Part shown: positions 1 to 12,083 of the stretch, one piece after another
Numbering within the stretch: the first letter of the stretch is position 1
How the letters are laid out: every line of letters begins with the position of its first letter
Assembly (NCBI RefSeq): GCF_052425735.1
Contig: NC_135758.1
Span: 3,162,001-3,226,000 of the forward strand
Length of the DNA stretch: 64,000 bases
Direction: 5' to 3'
Origin: Oculina patagonica
Lineage: Eukaryota
Translations under genes and position numbers: made by a program
The notes under the pieces: model-generated
The model's database searches: none
Seen by the model: only the letters and a program-made list of their open reading frames with translations
What the model was told of the DNA's origin: nothing

Positions 1-1
1 A

Positions 2-582
2 CCCTATTCAGACCGGGGGGGGGGGGGGCTTTTGAGGCCCGCGCTGACTTTGAACTTTTATAACTTTTTTAAGATTTAACCAAACGCTGCCAAACGTTCT
101 GAGTTTTCCTAAAATTTATCTGGCAACAATTTGGTAGGGTTAGATGATGTGTCAGGAACTTGACATCACCATGGCAACGACATTTTGACAGGCATGTTTT
201 CCCAAATTTGTAATTTTGCGTGTTTCTGTTAATAAAAATCAACTTTAATGGAATTATTTTTACATATTTACGGTTTTAAAGCATATTTTTACTCATTTTC
301 AGTACTTTGCAGTGATTTTGGGTGGTTTTCTGGCATTTTGGAAGAATTTTGAAATCCAAGATGGCGGATCCAAGATGGCGGCTGTTTTGACATCATGATG
401 TAATTGTCACGTGATGTGACGTCACCATCCCACGTGACGTATACCAAAAGAAAGAGCTTCGGACGTACAATACATCCTATAAGTTTCATGGTGATTGCTT
501 CAATATTCTGGAAGTTACATAGGGGGGCTTCCGAAGCCCCCCCCGGTCTGAGAAGGTCCAAAAAAGCCCGGTCTGAATAGGG
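2..582. mobile_element. Non-autonomous piggyBac-type MITE (copy 1)
   Basis: TIR CCCTATTCAGACCGGG/CCCGGTCTGAATAGGG, TTAA at 583-586, second copy at 38750. Confidence 0.85.
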
Positions 583-704
583 TTAAATTGACGCTAACTC
601 AGCGATGTGTAAATAATGGTAAAATGACTGAGTGGAGTCCAATTCGGTCTGTAATCATACGAGTTAATAACAACTAATTTACAACGCAACTGAAGTTCAC
701 TTGC

Positions 705-731
705 CTGCTTTGAAAGGAATATGTTGAGCAT
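705..731 (-). CDS. Inverted copy of first-exon cassette (MLNIFLSKQ | GC donor)
   Basis: Reverse complement ATG CTC AAC ATA TTC CTT TCA AAG CAG|GCAAGT, with degenerate core motif at ~745-775. Confidence 0.4.
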
Positions 732-1943
732 AGAAACGCATAGCAGTCCAATGTCACTTTGTCACCAAATCACTTCATTGCAAAGATCTCATTGTTGCCG
801 ATTCTGCTACGATCGTCAAAAAAATAAAATATCCAAGTCGTGCAGTGAAGTAGTGCATTTTCCTTTATAAAATGTTAGGACAGCCCCCTGTGACCAAATT
901 AAAAAAATATATATATGATTTACAGTTTTAAAATTTATTAACATGTCTGATTTTGTTCTCTTCAATTTATACTAGTCTTGATTTTAAGACGGTTTAACCG
1001 TCCTTAAATTCATATTAGACGGTATTCTGTCACAGAATTCCGTCTGAGATGTGCTTCCTGTCTTCTAATATGAATTCGCTAATTGATGTTTGAGTGTGTG
1101 TAACTCAAAGGAGACCGATTTGAACAAAAAATTAAGTCATAGACTAAACAATCTAAAGAGCTAAAATAATAAAACTAAAGTTACCAGATTTTTACATATA
1201 TCAGCTGTATTGGCTTAAGTACTACAAACATAAATGCTGTATGATATTTGACAGTGCCATCGTTTTTCTGAAAACATTGCTATGTATTTGTGTCTATTTT
1301 CTCGAGAAAGATTGCAAAACCCGGTGCAAATGTACTAAGCATATATTGCGGTCGATTTTAGGAATCTTTTAATTTGCCCCAGGCAATTGCTAAGAAGGGA
1401 ATCATATATTTACCAAAAAGGAATCAAACTAAAGAAAAATAATATAACTAGCCGCTAGTTTAAAAAGTTGGTGACAAAGTTCATTTGATTTTAAGAGCGC
1501 GCTTCAAACTTAAGATCCCTGTAAAGAAACTTAGCTGTGTTTTGACATTATGCCCCACACTATACAATACCCATCCTTAACGCGAAACAAATTGGTACGA
1601 CTTCATCAATGCTATGTTGTTTCTAGCAAGTTTTTAGCAAGTTTCTTGCCTTCGATACCAATAGCGCTATATAAGTTTTATCATAATCACACATCGCTGA
1701 GTTCACGCCAGTTTAGAAAAGTACAAATCATTATTCCAAGAAACGGGCTTGAGCGGTTCACGCTTCGTTGATGATTCGGAAATGAAATCAGCTGTTGCGC
1801 TCAGTGTGGGGTAACTTGTTTTGATGCGACAATCATCGCATAAGCTTTATAATTTATTGACCGTCAAAGTACAATCGGTGAGTGAGTCAGTTACAGAGTA
1901 AACTACAACAGCTCGACGGGATTGTTTCTATTGAAGCGTTTTT

Positions 1944-1970
1944 ATGCTCAACACGCCCTTTACGAAGCAA
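1944..1970 (+). CDS. Candidate alternative first coding exon MLNTPFTKQ
   Basis: Core motif at 1879-1906, then ATG...CAA|GTAAGT, phase 0. Confidence 0.5.
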
Positions 1971-2117
1971 GTAAGTGTATTTCATGTAAGAGCAAGCAAC
2001 AGTATTATACAAAAAGCATGCATGTAGTATTTCTTGCCTTTTCAGTTGCCGCAGAATTGCATGATTATAGTAATGAAGTCCAATGTACTCTACAGGGCAT
2101 AAAAGTGATCTCTTTAA

Positions 2118-2620
2118 GGGTCTTTTTACATGAGCCCGGTTTACGGGCTGCCTCGGTTACCAGGACGAATTTTGACGTTAGTTCATATGAAAAATTTTAG
2201 CACGGTTGACGGGGATAAAAATTCAAGACACGAAGCCAAAATGGCGACACAAAAAGTTGCATCTTTCGCGACTATCGTAGCTTTATTGACCCTTGTAACT
2301 TTACTTTTAAAGCGAATTCGCATATTCCTAAAGTGGAAGTAGATACAAGCAAAATTATGCCATTTTGACAGCCTAGTTACGAAAGAGAAGCTATTTTCTC
2401 AAAAAAAAAATTGCGTCCTGGCGGCTGGGCTGGAGTGTTCAGATGGGAACATTTTCTCCCCGGTTGCTGATATCTCCGTTGCAGAAACCGAGATATCGGT
2501 AACCGGGGTGGCCCGCCTTTTCATATGAACACATCGAAAATTTTACAAAAGAAAATAGGAGTGAGCCGAGATCTCGGTAACTGGGCCAGCCCGGTCAACC
2601 GGGATCATATGAAGAGGCCC
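2118..2620. mobile_element. PIF/Harbinger-type MITE
   Basis: Imperfect TIRs GGGTCTTTTTACATGAGCCCGGTT / AACCGGGATCATATGAAGAGGCCC with TAA TSD. Empty site in the paralogous block at ~14241-14253. Confidence 0.8.
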
Positions 2621-3946
2621 TAAAATGTAATTTTAATTCAGTGTTGTGATAGCCTTCTTTTTTGTTATTGCGTTTAATGGAAAAATTAGTTGACGGAACT
2701 TTTCATTCGTTTGAAAAGATACAGCCATTCGACACTTACATTGGTCAGCGCTAGCATGCACTCATGATAGCAGGTTATATGATGACAACTTGCAAAACAT
2801 GCCTTCGTTTGTGAATCTGAGCTTCGCTGAAACCTCGAAAACATAGAAATCACTAGACGAAGATTTCGAATGCGAAACCAATTGCGTTGACATCGCTCTC
2901 TTGGCCGGTATTTTTTCTCAATCCATAAATTGATACATCATATACAATCAAATAAAGTTATATACATCATATACAGTCAAATAAAGTTGTTTTCCTATAA
3001 ACTAGATCTAATAGCATCTTGCAGCCAGAGAGAAACGTTTTTGTGACGAGCAAAATGTCTAGACAAACTTTTGATATATATTTTCAAAGACGTTTATCAG
3101 GTATATCTTTAAACAAAGAGGTTTTCTTAGCAGGTATGTCTTGAGAATTACTTGAAGTTCTGTGCAGAAAAAACTTAAAACCAACCGACCCAGTAGTACA
3201 ATGCTGCTTTGCAACATGATTGCAACGGCTTTGCAACGGCTCGATGGAAGAGCATGTAACATGAATGGATTCCGTGTATAAATAAAGTTTTTGCCTAACC
3301 TTGCCTTACCTTACCTTACCTTTTAACTATTGCACCAACCAAAACTGACAGTTGCCGACATTAATTGCATTTGGTTTATTTTGATTCGTTTAATTGTAAA
3401 TTGTTCCACCGATGTGTTTGTCTTATCTCCCACTTACATCTTAAAATGCGTAGATAACCAAATATTTACTTGACAAAAAAAAGACAAAATTTACATAAAA
3501 GCGCTCAGAGCAATTAACAGACACAAAATAATTTCCTTTCACTAATTATATGAAATTACTTTAATAACACTACATTAAATTACATTACAGCACTTATCAG
3601 TTTTTCCAAAATGTTTTGTGGAACCGATCATTGGAAGATATGGTATGATTCCTTTCCTTGTTTGATTTGAAAGTTTTGCCATGATAATACACTATATGCT
3701 CAAGTGAGATCAATCGATGAATCAAGTGGCATGTTTTATTAACGTGTGATTAATGTTAAGCTCAACTTGTTTTGATGTGTGCAGTGGAAACCATACTTCT
3801 GGCATCTCCCGATAACTCGAAGCAAAATTTATTTCTCTCTACACAATCGAATACTTCAATTCTACCCGCGATAGATTCATCTCTCGAACTAATTTCACTT
3901 CCCTTGGAGATTCGAGAAATCTGGATTCCACTCTATATCATCTGCT

Positions 3947-3978
<32 letters not shown>

Positions 3979-4959
3979 TGGTTTTATTCATAACAACCCT
4001 TTAGAATTTGATTGGAGTTAGCGTACAATTGGTTGAGTAAAAAACTATGGTTGAGTTATGGGTCACTTATAGAGTGCTTGGCGATGCGTAATTAATCTAT
4101 TTTCGAGTGACAAGAGCTTTTACATTCGTCTTTTGGAACAGAAAGTACAAGTGAACATCAACTAAGAGAACATGTCTAAAAGTTTTAATATGAGGCTGGA
4201 GCGTTTCGACGACATATTTTATACTACTGAAGCAACACAGGCGACTCTTCAAGCGACAAACTCATCATCAGGGGAATCTGTTAAAATATTCAGTCCATGC
4301 AGCTCTTTCCATTTGATAGCCTTGGATTACGTTAAACATAGTTATAGCATCTGACTTTTTTTCTGACATTGATGCACGGAAAGTTTGTTTCCCAAAGTAG
4401 ACGTATTTGAATACACAATTCACTAAGGGTCCATTATCTACCGGTCATAGCTAGACTAAACAATATACAGAGCTCAAAAACAAAACTAAACTAAGTCACG
4501 GAAAGGAAACTGCCGAAACAAACGAGCAAAAGGAAACAAGATCGCCGAAACAAGCGAATGTATCTGACATTTAATCTTGTTTCGCTCGAGCTCGGTCGTT
4601 TCGGTGATCCTGATTTCGTTTCGTTATGGAGACTTGTTTTGGCAATAGCTTGAAGATCATTGTGAAATGATTAAAACGCAGTTGGGCGTTGCAAACACGG
4701 GAATGACTCACCAATTGACCCTCCTCCTTTTTTTTTCAATTAAACCAACCATTCATTCGCCTCTGCAGTAAAACATTTTAATTTGGTCGCAGGGGGCTGT
4801 CCTAACACTTTTTAAGGATAATGCATTACGAAACTGCACGAAGTTTAGGCTTGGATTTTTGGTATTTTAGACACTGAGTCGCAACAGGATCTGCAACAAT
4901 GAAATCTTCGCAATTGAGTGAGGCGGTGACAGAGTGAACTACGACTGCTAAGCAATTTT

Positions 4960-4986
4960 ATGCTCAACATAGCCCTTTCAAAGCAG
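4960..4986 (+). CDS. Candidate alternative first coding exon MLNIALSKQ
   Basis: Core motif at 4915-4945, then CAG|GTAAGT, phase 0. Confidence 0.5.
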
Positions 4987-5446
4987 GTAAGTGAACGTCA
5001 GTTGTAAAGTAACTGCGTTGTCTTAGCAGCACATGTAAAAACTGAGTTAGGTGCACTTGTTGTAGTTTTTAAAATGAAACTGGTGGAAGGAATGTTTACA
5101 CACTGTGCAGCTTCACTAACGAAAGCAATTTTAGCCAGAACACACTTGATAAGAGAATTAAACGAACCCGTCCTTAACCGCTTGCGTAAACAACATTATA
5201 AATTTTAATAATCAGTGACTACAATTCTTTGTTCCTTCTTTCTCATGTTCCTTGGCGGGCTGCATCACCAGCTTTGGTGTCCCTTGAGTGAGGTGCTTCA
5301 AATCCAATTCAAAGCTAGACTAGTACTGTGAGATTACTTGTCCATTCTCGCAGATATTCCGACGGGATGATAATTTCATAAAACGTCTGGCTTCTACACA
5401 TTTTTCAAGAGAGGCATATTGTGTGAGCAATAAACAAATACTAAAC

Positions 5447-5645
5447 TATCCAGTGGATAGCGTAGTATGATTTGACAGCACTTATCCACTGGATAGTGAT
5501 TTATCCAGTGGATACCGTTATCCACCCTTTGAACAAACTGGGCCAGACAAATCGCTATCCAGCGTAGAATGTTTTACTAACACTTATCCGCTGGATAGCG
5601 ATTTTTTCTGGTGATAGCGTTATCCAGCTTTTGAACAACCGGGGT
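5447..5645. repeat. Interspersed repeat built of palindromic TATCCAGTGGATA units
   Basis: Multiple TATCC(A/G)(G/C)TGGATA palindromes and two TTTGAACAA motifs. Absent from the paralogous block at ~12590. Confidence 0.65.
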
Positions 5646-6181
5646 TAGATCTTTTCATTAAAAAAGGTCATTATCATAAGGACCCATTATCCATGAGATA
5701 GTATTTTTCAGCACTACGTAAAACGATTGTGCGGCTAAAATTAAAATGTAAACAAGTTATTTAAAAACCAACCAACGTGAACAAACTGTATGTTTAATTG
5801 TGCTAATGGCCTGGAAATGAAAAATGATTTTGAACTGAATTTGGTACAGAGTTTAAAGATGATAATGCATAAACAGTATTGCTATGATAGCTTCAAGATC
5901 ATTTTGAAAGACGAACACTGCAGTTTTTGGTTGCAAACATAGGAACGACTGATCGATTGACCTCTCCTTTCATTTTTAATTGAACTAACATTTCCTACCT
6001 CTTAACTGTGAATCATATATAATTATTTTTTAATTTGGTCACAGGAGGCTGTCCTTACATTTTTTTTTTAAAGGAAAACGCATTACTTAACTGCAAGACT
6101 TGGATATTATATTTTTAGACGATCGTAATAGAATCGGCAACAATGAAATCTTTGCAATGAAGTGAGTTGCTATGCGTTTTT

Positions 6182-6208
6182 ATGCTCAACATGTCCCTTT
6201 CAAATCAG
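6182..6208 (+). CDS. Candidate first exon MLNMSLSNQ with GC donor, core motif largely deleted
   Basis: CAG|GCAAGT at 6209. Confidence 0.35.
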
Positions 6209-6450
6209 GCAAGTGAACTTCAGTTGCGTTGTAAATCAGTTGTTAATAACTCGTATGATTACAGACCAAATTGGACTCCACTCAGTCATTTTACCATTAT
6301 TTTTACACTTCGCTGAGTTACCGTCAATTTAAAAAAGCACACATCAGCATTCCGCAAATTTGGCTTGAGTCAGAGTACAATCGGTGAATGCGTCAGGTAC
6401 AGAGTAAACTACAACAACTTTTCGCGACTGTTTCATTCTGAAGTGATTTT

Positions 6451-6477
6451 ATGTTCAACATGTCCTTTACGAAGCAA
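6451..6477 (+). CDS. Candidate alternative first coding exon MFNMSFTKQ
   Basis: Core motif at ~6385-6413, then CAA|GTAAGT, phase 0. Confidence 0.5.
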
Positions 6478-7059
6478 GTAAGTGAATTTCAAGCAAGAGT
6501 ACGCAACAGCAATATATTAAAAGCATGAAGTCTTTGAAGTGTTTCTTCCTTTATTTTCAGTTGCCGCGGAATTGATTTTGACAGCAATGGAGTCCAAATC
6601 ATGTCTTCGTTCGCGATTCTGAACTTCAAAATAACGAAAACCTAGTAGTCAATCGAGCAAGAATTCGAATGCAAAACCAATTCCGTTGACATATCTTATA
6701 TCTGGGTATGTTTTCTGAATCAATAAAATGATAATTTTTACATTTTTTCTCCAAGAATTGACCTTTCTGTGACGCGCAAATGTCTTGGCAATCTTCTGCG
6801 AAAAATTTTAAAAGAGGTTCTTGAGATTTATCTTTGAACAAAGAGATGTTCTTACCATGTGCGTCTTGAGAAAACTTGTAGTTCTGTGTAAAAAACCTAA
6901 AATTAAACCGACCAACTCAGTAGTATACAGTTCCTATGCAACATGATTGTACTAACCACAACCGACAGTCGGCATTTTATTGCATCTGGTTCATTTAGAT
7001 TCGTCCAATTGTAAATTGTCTCACTGATGTGTTTCTTTAATCTCCCAATTACATCTTAA

Positions 7060-7667
7060 CCCTTTCAGTGCTAAATTTATCCAAAAACAGGGTTTTTTTC
7101 TACCGTTAAACTGAATTTTTGATGCTACGATCCTGAATTTCCTTTAACTTTGCTTAAAAAGCACTTTTCCACAATGCAGCAAGATTTTGAGGAAGATTCC
7201 ATAGAAAAATGTACAAAATTGTACTTTGGCGCATGCGCATAAGCCAAAATTTGGACTTTTTTTTTTTTTTTGCGAAATCGTTTCCATTTTTTTTTTCTTG
7301 CTCCTTTTCCTTTCGTTTCTCTCGGCTTTGTTATTTCCACTTCTTTCTACTGTATCCGCCCTTCCTTTAGACCAAAATGGTTTTGATTAAAACATTGGTA
7401 AACCCTGAAAAGAGGACCTCGATCTTTTACAGGTGTTTTGGCCTGTTTTAGCACCGATTTTGCACTAAAAAGTGATTGACTTTTTCTCGATTAGCTCTGT
7501 CAGGATGCGACCGATACGCAAAATGAATAGTTCTTTGAAAAGGTCAAACCTAGCTCTATCAGATGCTTATCACTAAAATCTGCTGACTTTCAAATTGATG
7601 ACGTCACAAGTGGATCATTGACTGCTCCTCGAAATGTCGAGAAAAGTCGACTTTAGCAGTGAAAGAG
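7060..7667. mobile_element. TTAA-flanked non-autonomous DNA transposon (piggyBac-type)
   Basis: TIR CCCTTTCAGTGCTAAA / TTTAGCAGTGAAAGAG, TTAA on both sides. Empty site TACATCTTAAGTGCCT at 14871-14886. Confidence 0.8.
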
Positions 7668-7901
7668 TTAAGTGCCTACTAAACAAATATTGACTTGACA
7701 AAATATACAAATTTTCATTGCAGCGATGACAGTCAATAACAGAGATAAAATAACTTCCTTTCACTAATTACATAGAATTACTTAAATTACACTAAACTAC
7801 ATAACAACATTAAAGGTTATTCAGTTATGTTTTATGGAAATATATAACCGATTAGCCGACGATATGGTAAGATTCTTCGTCATGTACGACTTGAAAGTAT
7901 G

Positions 7902-8038
7902 GGATCAATTTAGGTTTCTGGGAAACTGCTCACCTACCCCTCCCCAAACCTAACATTAACCCTTACTTATCGCTTTGGGCAAAATGTTAGGTTTGGGGAG
8001 GGGTAGGTGAGCAGTTTCCCAGAAACCTAAATTGATCC
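7902..8038. mobile_element. Hairpin MITE with 8-bp TSD
   Basis: Perfect ~56-bp inverted arms. TSD AAAGTATG at 7894-7901 and 8039-8046. Empty site at ~10709-10720. Confidence 0.9.
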
Positions 8039-8677
8039 AAAGTATGTCATGATATACATTACAAGTCAATTGATGCACCAAGACAATATACATTACAATT
8101 GTATACCTGTCATAGACAACCTACAGAGCTCAAAAATAAAAATAAACTAGACCACGGAAAAGAAACGGCAGAAACAAACAAAGGAAAGGAAGCAAATTCA
8201 CGGAAACCGGAAGCGAATGTATCGGACATTTTATCTTGTTTCGTTTCTTTCGGTCGTTTCGGTGATTTCGTTTCGTTTTTCGGCTTTTTCTACCGGCATG
8301 CTGATTATTGAGGCTTGTTTTGCCATTAGCTTCAAGATGATTGTGAAATAATTAAAACACAGTTGAGTGTTGCACACATGATGCCTCGCCAGTTGACCCT
8401 CCTCCGTTTTAAATTAAACCAACACTCCAGTCGATCGTCTCAGCAGTAAAACGTTTTCTTTTCATTTGGTCGCAGGGGGCTGTCCTAACATTTTTTATAT
8501 TAAGGAAAATGCATTACGTAACAGCGAGACGCTTAGGCTTGGATTTTTCATTTTTTTGACAGTCGCAACAGGATCGGCAATAATGAAATATTCGCAATTG
8601 AGTGAGTCGGTGACAGAGTGAACTACAATAAGTGTTCAATAAGTGTTCTTGGAGTGCAAAATAGTTTTTTTTTTTAA

Positions 8678-8710
8678 ACAGACGTTTCGGGGAAACCCCT
8701 TCATCAGTGT
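8678..8710 (-). ncRNA. Minimal type I hammerhead ribozyme (inverted arm)
   Basis: Reverse complement ACA-CTGATGA-A-GGGG-TTT-CCCC-GAAA-CGTC-TGT with perfect stem II. Confidence 0.75.
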
Positions 8711-9421
8711 AAATGTGATGACTTAAAAGGAACGCTTGATCGTACGTTAAATGTCTTGCGTGAGCGTCGTTTAAAAATAAACAGAGCGCGAGATTGCGCG
8801 CGCTCAGCGCACATGACAAAAAATTTAAATGAACATCAGAATATTAGTCTGAGAATACAAATGTGAATTTAAAAGTTTAAGTCAATGTTCATGCCACTAG
8901 GGGCTAGTGTCTTGTAAGTAAAGATCATCCTCATCGCTCCTCCCTTCGTCTTTCAGCCGCCGGTCCAGCAACTTGCTTAATAACAGATACTGACATGTCG
9001 TGGATGGAATTGTGGCCCCTTTGGTTAAAATGTTCGGCCACGGGGAAACCACCGTTCTGGTACCATTGGTTGTTGGGGTAACCTTCAACTGAGCGGAGGT
9101 GCTCGCCAAACCTGTCTGCAAGCCTACGACCAGTCTCTCCGATGTACATTGATTGACAACGGCAGCATGTGATGGCGTAAATGACTCCGGTCGTAGTGCA
9201 AGTGTGGTGTCCTTTCGGGTGCACAACTCCGTTCGCGTGGTTGATGTTTTGAGTTTTTCCGGTGAATGCACATGTCCGGCACCTAGGTCGCTGACAGGGA
9301 AAGGTCCCGGCTTGTTCCTGTGGAGGGTTTGAGGAGAAGGTGCTATGAACTAGGATGTCTTGAAGGTTAGTATCCCGCCGGTAAACGCACATGGTCGTGG
9401 TCGTGAAGATGTTCTTTGTTC

Positions 9422-10234
9422 TGTGTTGTAGTATCGGACTACAACACCAAGTCCAATGAGATGGCATCATTCTTCAAGGCGAGAGGCTACCCTAGTGAAG
9501 TAGTTGCAGCCGGGCAAAGAAAGGCAGCAGACACCGACCGTCAGAGCGCACTACAGCATTCACGAAACCAAACATCTGAGGAAAAATCAGAAAAGACCCG
9601 CATGATACTAACCTACCATCCAAAGAACCAGGAAGTCAAGAAGATTTTGTTAAAGAACTTTAGTATCCTGACCGACGACCCTCGAACAAAGAACATCTTC
9701 ACGACCACGCCCATGTGCGTTTACCGGCGGGATACTAACCTTCAAGACATCCTAGTTCATAGCACCTTCTCCTCAAACCCTCCACAGGAACAAGCCGGGA
9801 CCTTTCCCTGTCAGCGACCTAGGTGCCGGACATGTGCATTCACCGGAAAAACTCAAAACATCGACAACGCGAACGGAGTTGTGCACCCGAAAGGACACCA
9901 CACTTGCACTACGACCGGAGTCATTTACGCCATCACATGCTGCCGTTGTCAATCAATGTACATCGGAGAGACTGGTCGTAGGCTTGCAGACAGGTTTGGC
10001 GAGCACCTCCGCTCAGTTGAAGGTTACCCCAACAACCAACGGTACCAGAACGGTGGTTTCCCCGCGGCCGAACATTTTAACCAAGGGGGCCACAATTCCA
10101 TCCACGACATGTCAGTATCTGTTATTAAGCAAGTTGCTGGGCCGGCGGCTGAAAGACGAAGGGAAGAGATGAGGATGATCTTTACTTACAAGACACTAGC
10201 CCCTAGTGGCATGAACATTGACTTAAAATTTTAA
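9422..10234 (+). CDS. Penelope-like pol C-terminus: end of RT thumb (RGYP), Cys/His linker, GIY-YIG endonuclease (truncated)
   Basis: Motifs FFKARGYP, CQRPRCRTC, GVIYAITCCRCQSMYIGETGRRLADRFGEH, and AEHFN...H. Confidence 0.85.
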   Translation, partial: CVVVSDYNTKSNEMASFFKARGYPSEVVAAGQRKAADTDRQSALQHSRNQTSEEKSEKTRMILTYHPKNQEVKKILLKNFSILTDDPRTKNIFTTTPMCVYRRDTNLQDILVHSTFSSNPPQEQAGTFPCQRPRCRTCAFTGKTQNIDNANGVVHPKGHHTCTTTGVIYAITCCRCQSMYIGETGRRLADRFGEHLRSVEGYPNNQRYQNGGFPAAEHFNQGGHNSIHDMSVSVIKQVAGPAAERRREEMRMIFTYKTLAPSGMNIDLKF

Positions 10235-10394
10235 ATTCACATTTGTATTCTCAGACTAATATTCTGATGTTCATTTAAATTTTTTGTCATGTGCGCTGCG
10301 CGCGCGCGCAATCTCGCGCTCTGTTTATTTTTAAACGACGCTCACGCAAGACATTTAACGTACGATCAAGCGTTCCTTTTAAGACATCACATTT

Positions 10395-10427
10395 ACACTG
10401 ATGAAGAGGTTTCCCCGAAACGTCTGT
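10395..10427 (+). ncRNA. Minimal type I hammerhead ribozyme of the PLE pseudo-LTR
   Basis: ACA-CTGATGA-A-GAGG-TTT-CCCC-GAAA-CGTC-TGT (one stem II mismatch). Confidence 0.7.
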
Positions 10428-10563
10428 TTTTTAAAAAAAAAAAAACTATTTTGCACGCCAAGAACACTTATTGAACACTTATTGTAACAATTGAGTGCTA
10501 CGCAGCAAAACTCTTTTTATGTGACAGAGTGAACTACGACTGCTAAGCGTTTCTATCCTCAAC

Positions 10564-10581
10564 ATGTCCCTTTTAAAGCAG
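10564..10581 (+). CDS. Candidate first exon MSLLKQ (cassette split by the Penelope insertion)
   Basis: CAAC ATG TCC CTT TTA AAG CAG|GTTAGT. Confidence 0.4.
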
Positions 10582-11040
10582 GTTAGTGAACGTAAGTTTT
10601 GAAGTAACAGCGTTGTTTTAACAGCAAATTTAAAAACTGAGTAAGGTGCTCGTGCTGTAGTTTTTATAATGAAAGTGGTGAAGGAATGCTTGCACACATG
10701 TACGACTTGAAAGTATGTCATGATATACATTACAAGTCAATTGATGCACCAAGACGCATGGCTGCTTAACGCTTGATTAACGCATGGGCGCCGATTTATT
10801 TTGTTAAGTTCAACTTGTTTTGATGAGCCGGCGCAGTGTACTAAGCACGTCTTGTGGTCGATTTTGTGAATCTTGTAATTTCCTCCATGCAATAGCTAAG
10901 AAGTGAAGTAGATATATATCGACCAAACAGGAGGCAAACTAAAATAGAGAATTGCCGGGGCCCCGGTTTTTTTTGTTTAAATTTTTGAAAAACAATAACT
11001 AATTGCTAGTCAAAAAAGTTGGCGGCAAAGTGCATTTGAA

Positions 11041-11245
11041 GATGTAATTGCTCAACATGACACGAGCATGGGACAAAGAAAAATCAGAGTCCCCTACCGG
11101 AATCGAGCCTATGGCCTCCCAGATACCGGTTGGGCGCTCTAACCAACTGAGCTACTAGAGACTCGTGGTGAGCACGGCCATTCACTAGGTTGACATGTAA
11201 ATGGCCGAGCTCACCACGAGTCTCTCGTAGCTCAGTTGGTTAGAG
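11041..11245 (-). mobile_element. tRNA-derived SINE with inverted partial second head
   Basis: Minus strand GTAGCTCAGTTGGTTAGAGCG (A box) ... GGCTCGATTCC (B-box-like). 11137-11245 folds back on itself. Confidence 0.7.
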
Positions 11246-12083
11246 ACTTTTATGAGAACATCATGCAAGCAAAGCACATGTATGTAAGTTTAAATATATA
11301 TGGGGCTGGAACGTTTCGACGACAGAATCTATATTACTGAAGCAACAAAAGTGGCTCATCAAGCGACAAACCCATCAGAGGAATCTCTTTATTATTCAGT
11401 ACAGCTCTTACTTTCCATTTGATTTTCTTGGATTACATTATATATAGTTACGTTACAGCGTCCGAGCTTTTTCTGACATTGATACGTGGAACGTTTGTAC
11501 CCCAAAGTAGACGAGTTTGAATACACAATTGTATACCAGTCATAGACTAAACAACCTACAGAGCTCAAAAATAAAACTAAACTAGACCACGGAAAGGAAA
11601 CCGCAGAACAAACGAAGTAAAGGAAGCAAATTCACGGAAACCGGAAAAAATGTATCGGACATTTTATCTGTTTCGTTCGTTTCGGTCGTTGCGGTGATTT
11701 CGTTTCGTTGTTTCGGCTTCTTCTACATGCTGATTATGGAGGCTTGCTTTGGCAATAGCTTCAGGATGATTGTGAAATAATTAAAACACAGTTGAGTGTT
11801 GCACACATGATGCCTCACCGATTGGCCCTCCTCTTTTTTTTTTTTTAATTAAACCAACACTCCAGTCGATCGTCTCAGCAGTAAAACGTTTTCTTTTCAT
11901 TTGGTCACAGGAGGCTGTCCTACCATTTTTTTAAGGAAAATGCATTACGTAACAGCAAGACGCTTAGGCTTGTATTTTTCCTTTTTTGTCAGTCGCAACA
12001 GGATCGACAATAATGAAATATTCGCAATTGAATGTCAATGACAGAATGAACTACGACTGCTTAGCGTTTTTATGTCAGTCAAG

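Larger units (their letters stand above)
8624..10486. mobile_element. 5'-truncated Penelope-like retroelement with inverted partial copy
   Basis: Arms 8624-9421 and 9684-10486 are near-perfect inverted repeats. GIY-YIG ORF, hammerhead motif in each arm, 17-bp target duplication. Confidence 0.9.

Noticed and set aside
4195-4275. Possible - strand hammerhead (CTGATGA...GTCGAAACG), also at ~11310 and ~15525
   Set aside because: Core elements are too far apart or not conserved among copies, and there are no consistent stems.
4915-5050. Cassettes as spliced-leader RNA or snRNA genes
   Set aside because: No Sm-binding U-tract after the donor, variable leader length, and a conserved in-frame ATG fit first coding exons better.
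11086-11155. tRNA-like sequences here and at ~39800-39865
   Set aside because: No proper acceptor or anticodon stems and embedded in longer repeat bodies, so these are SINE heads rather than tRNA genes.
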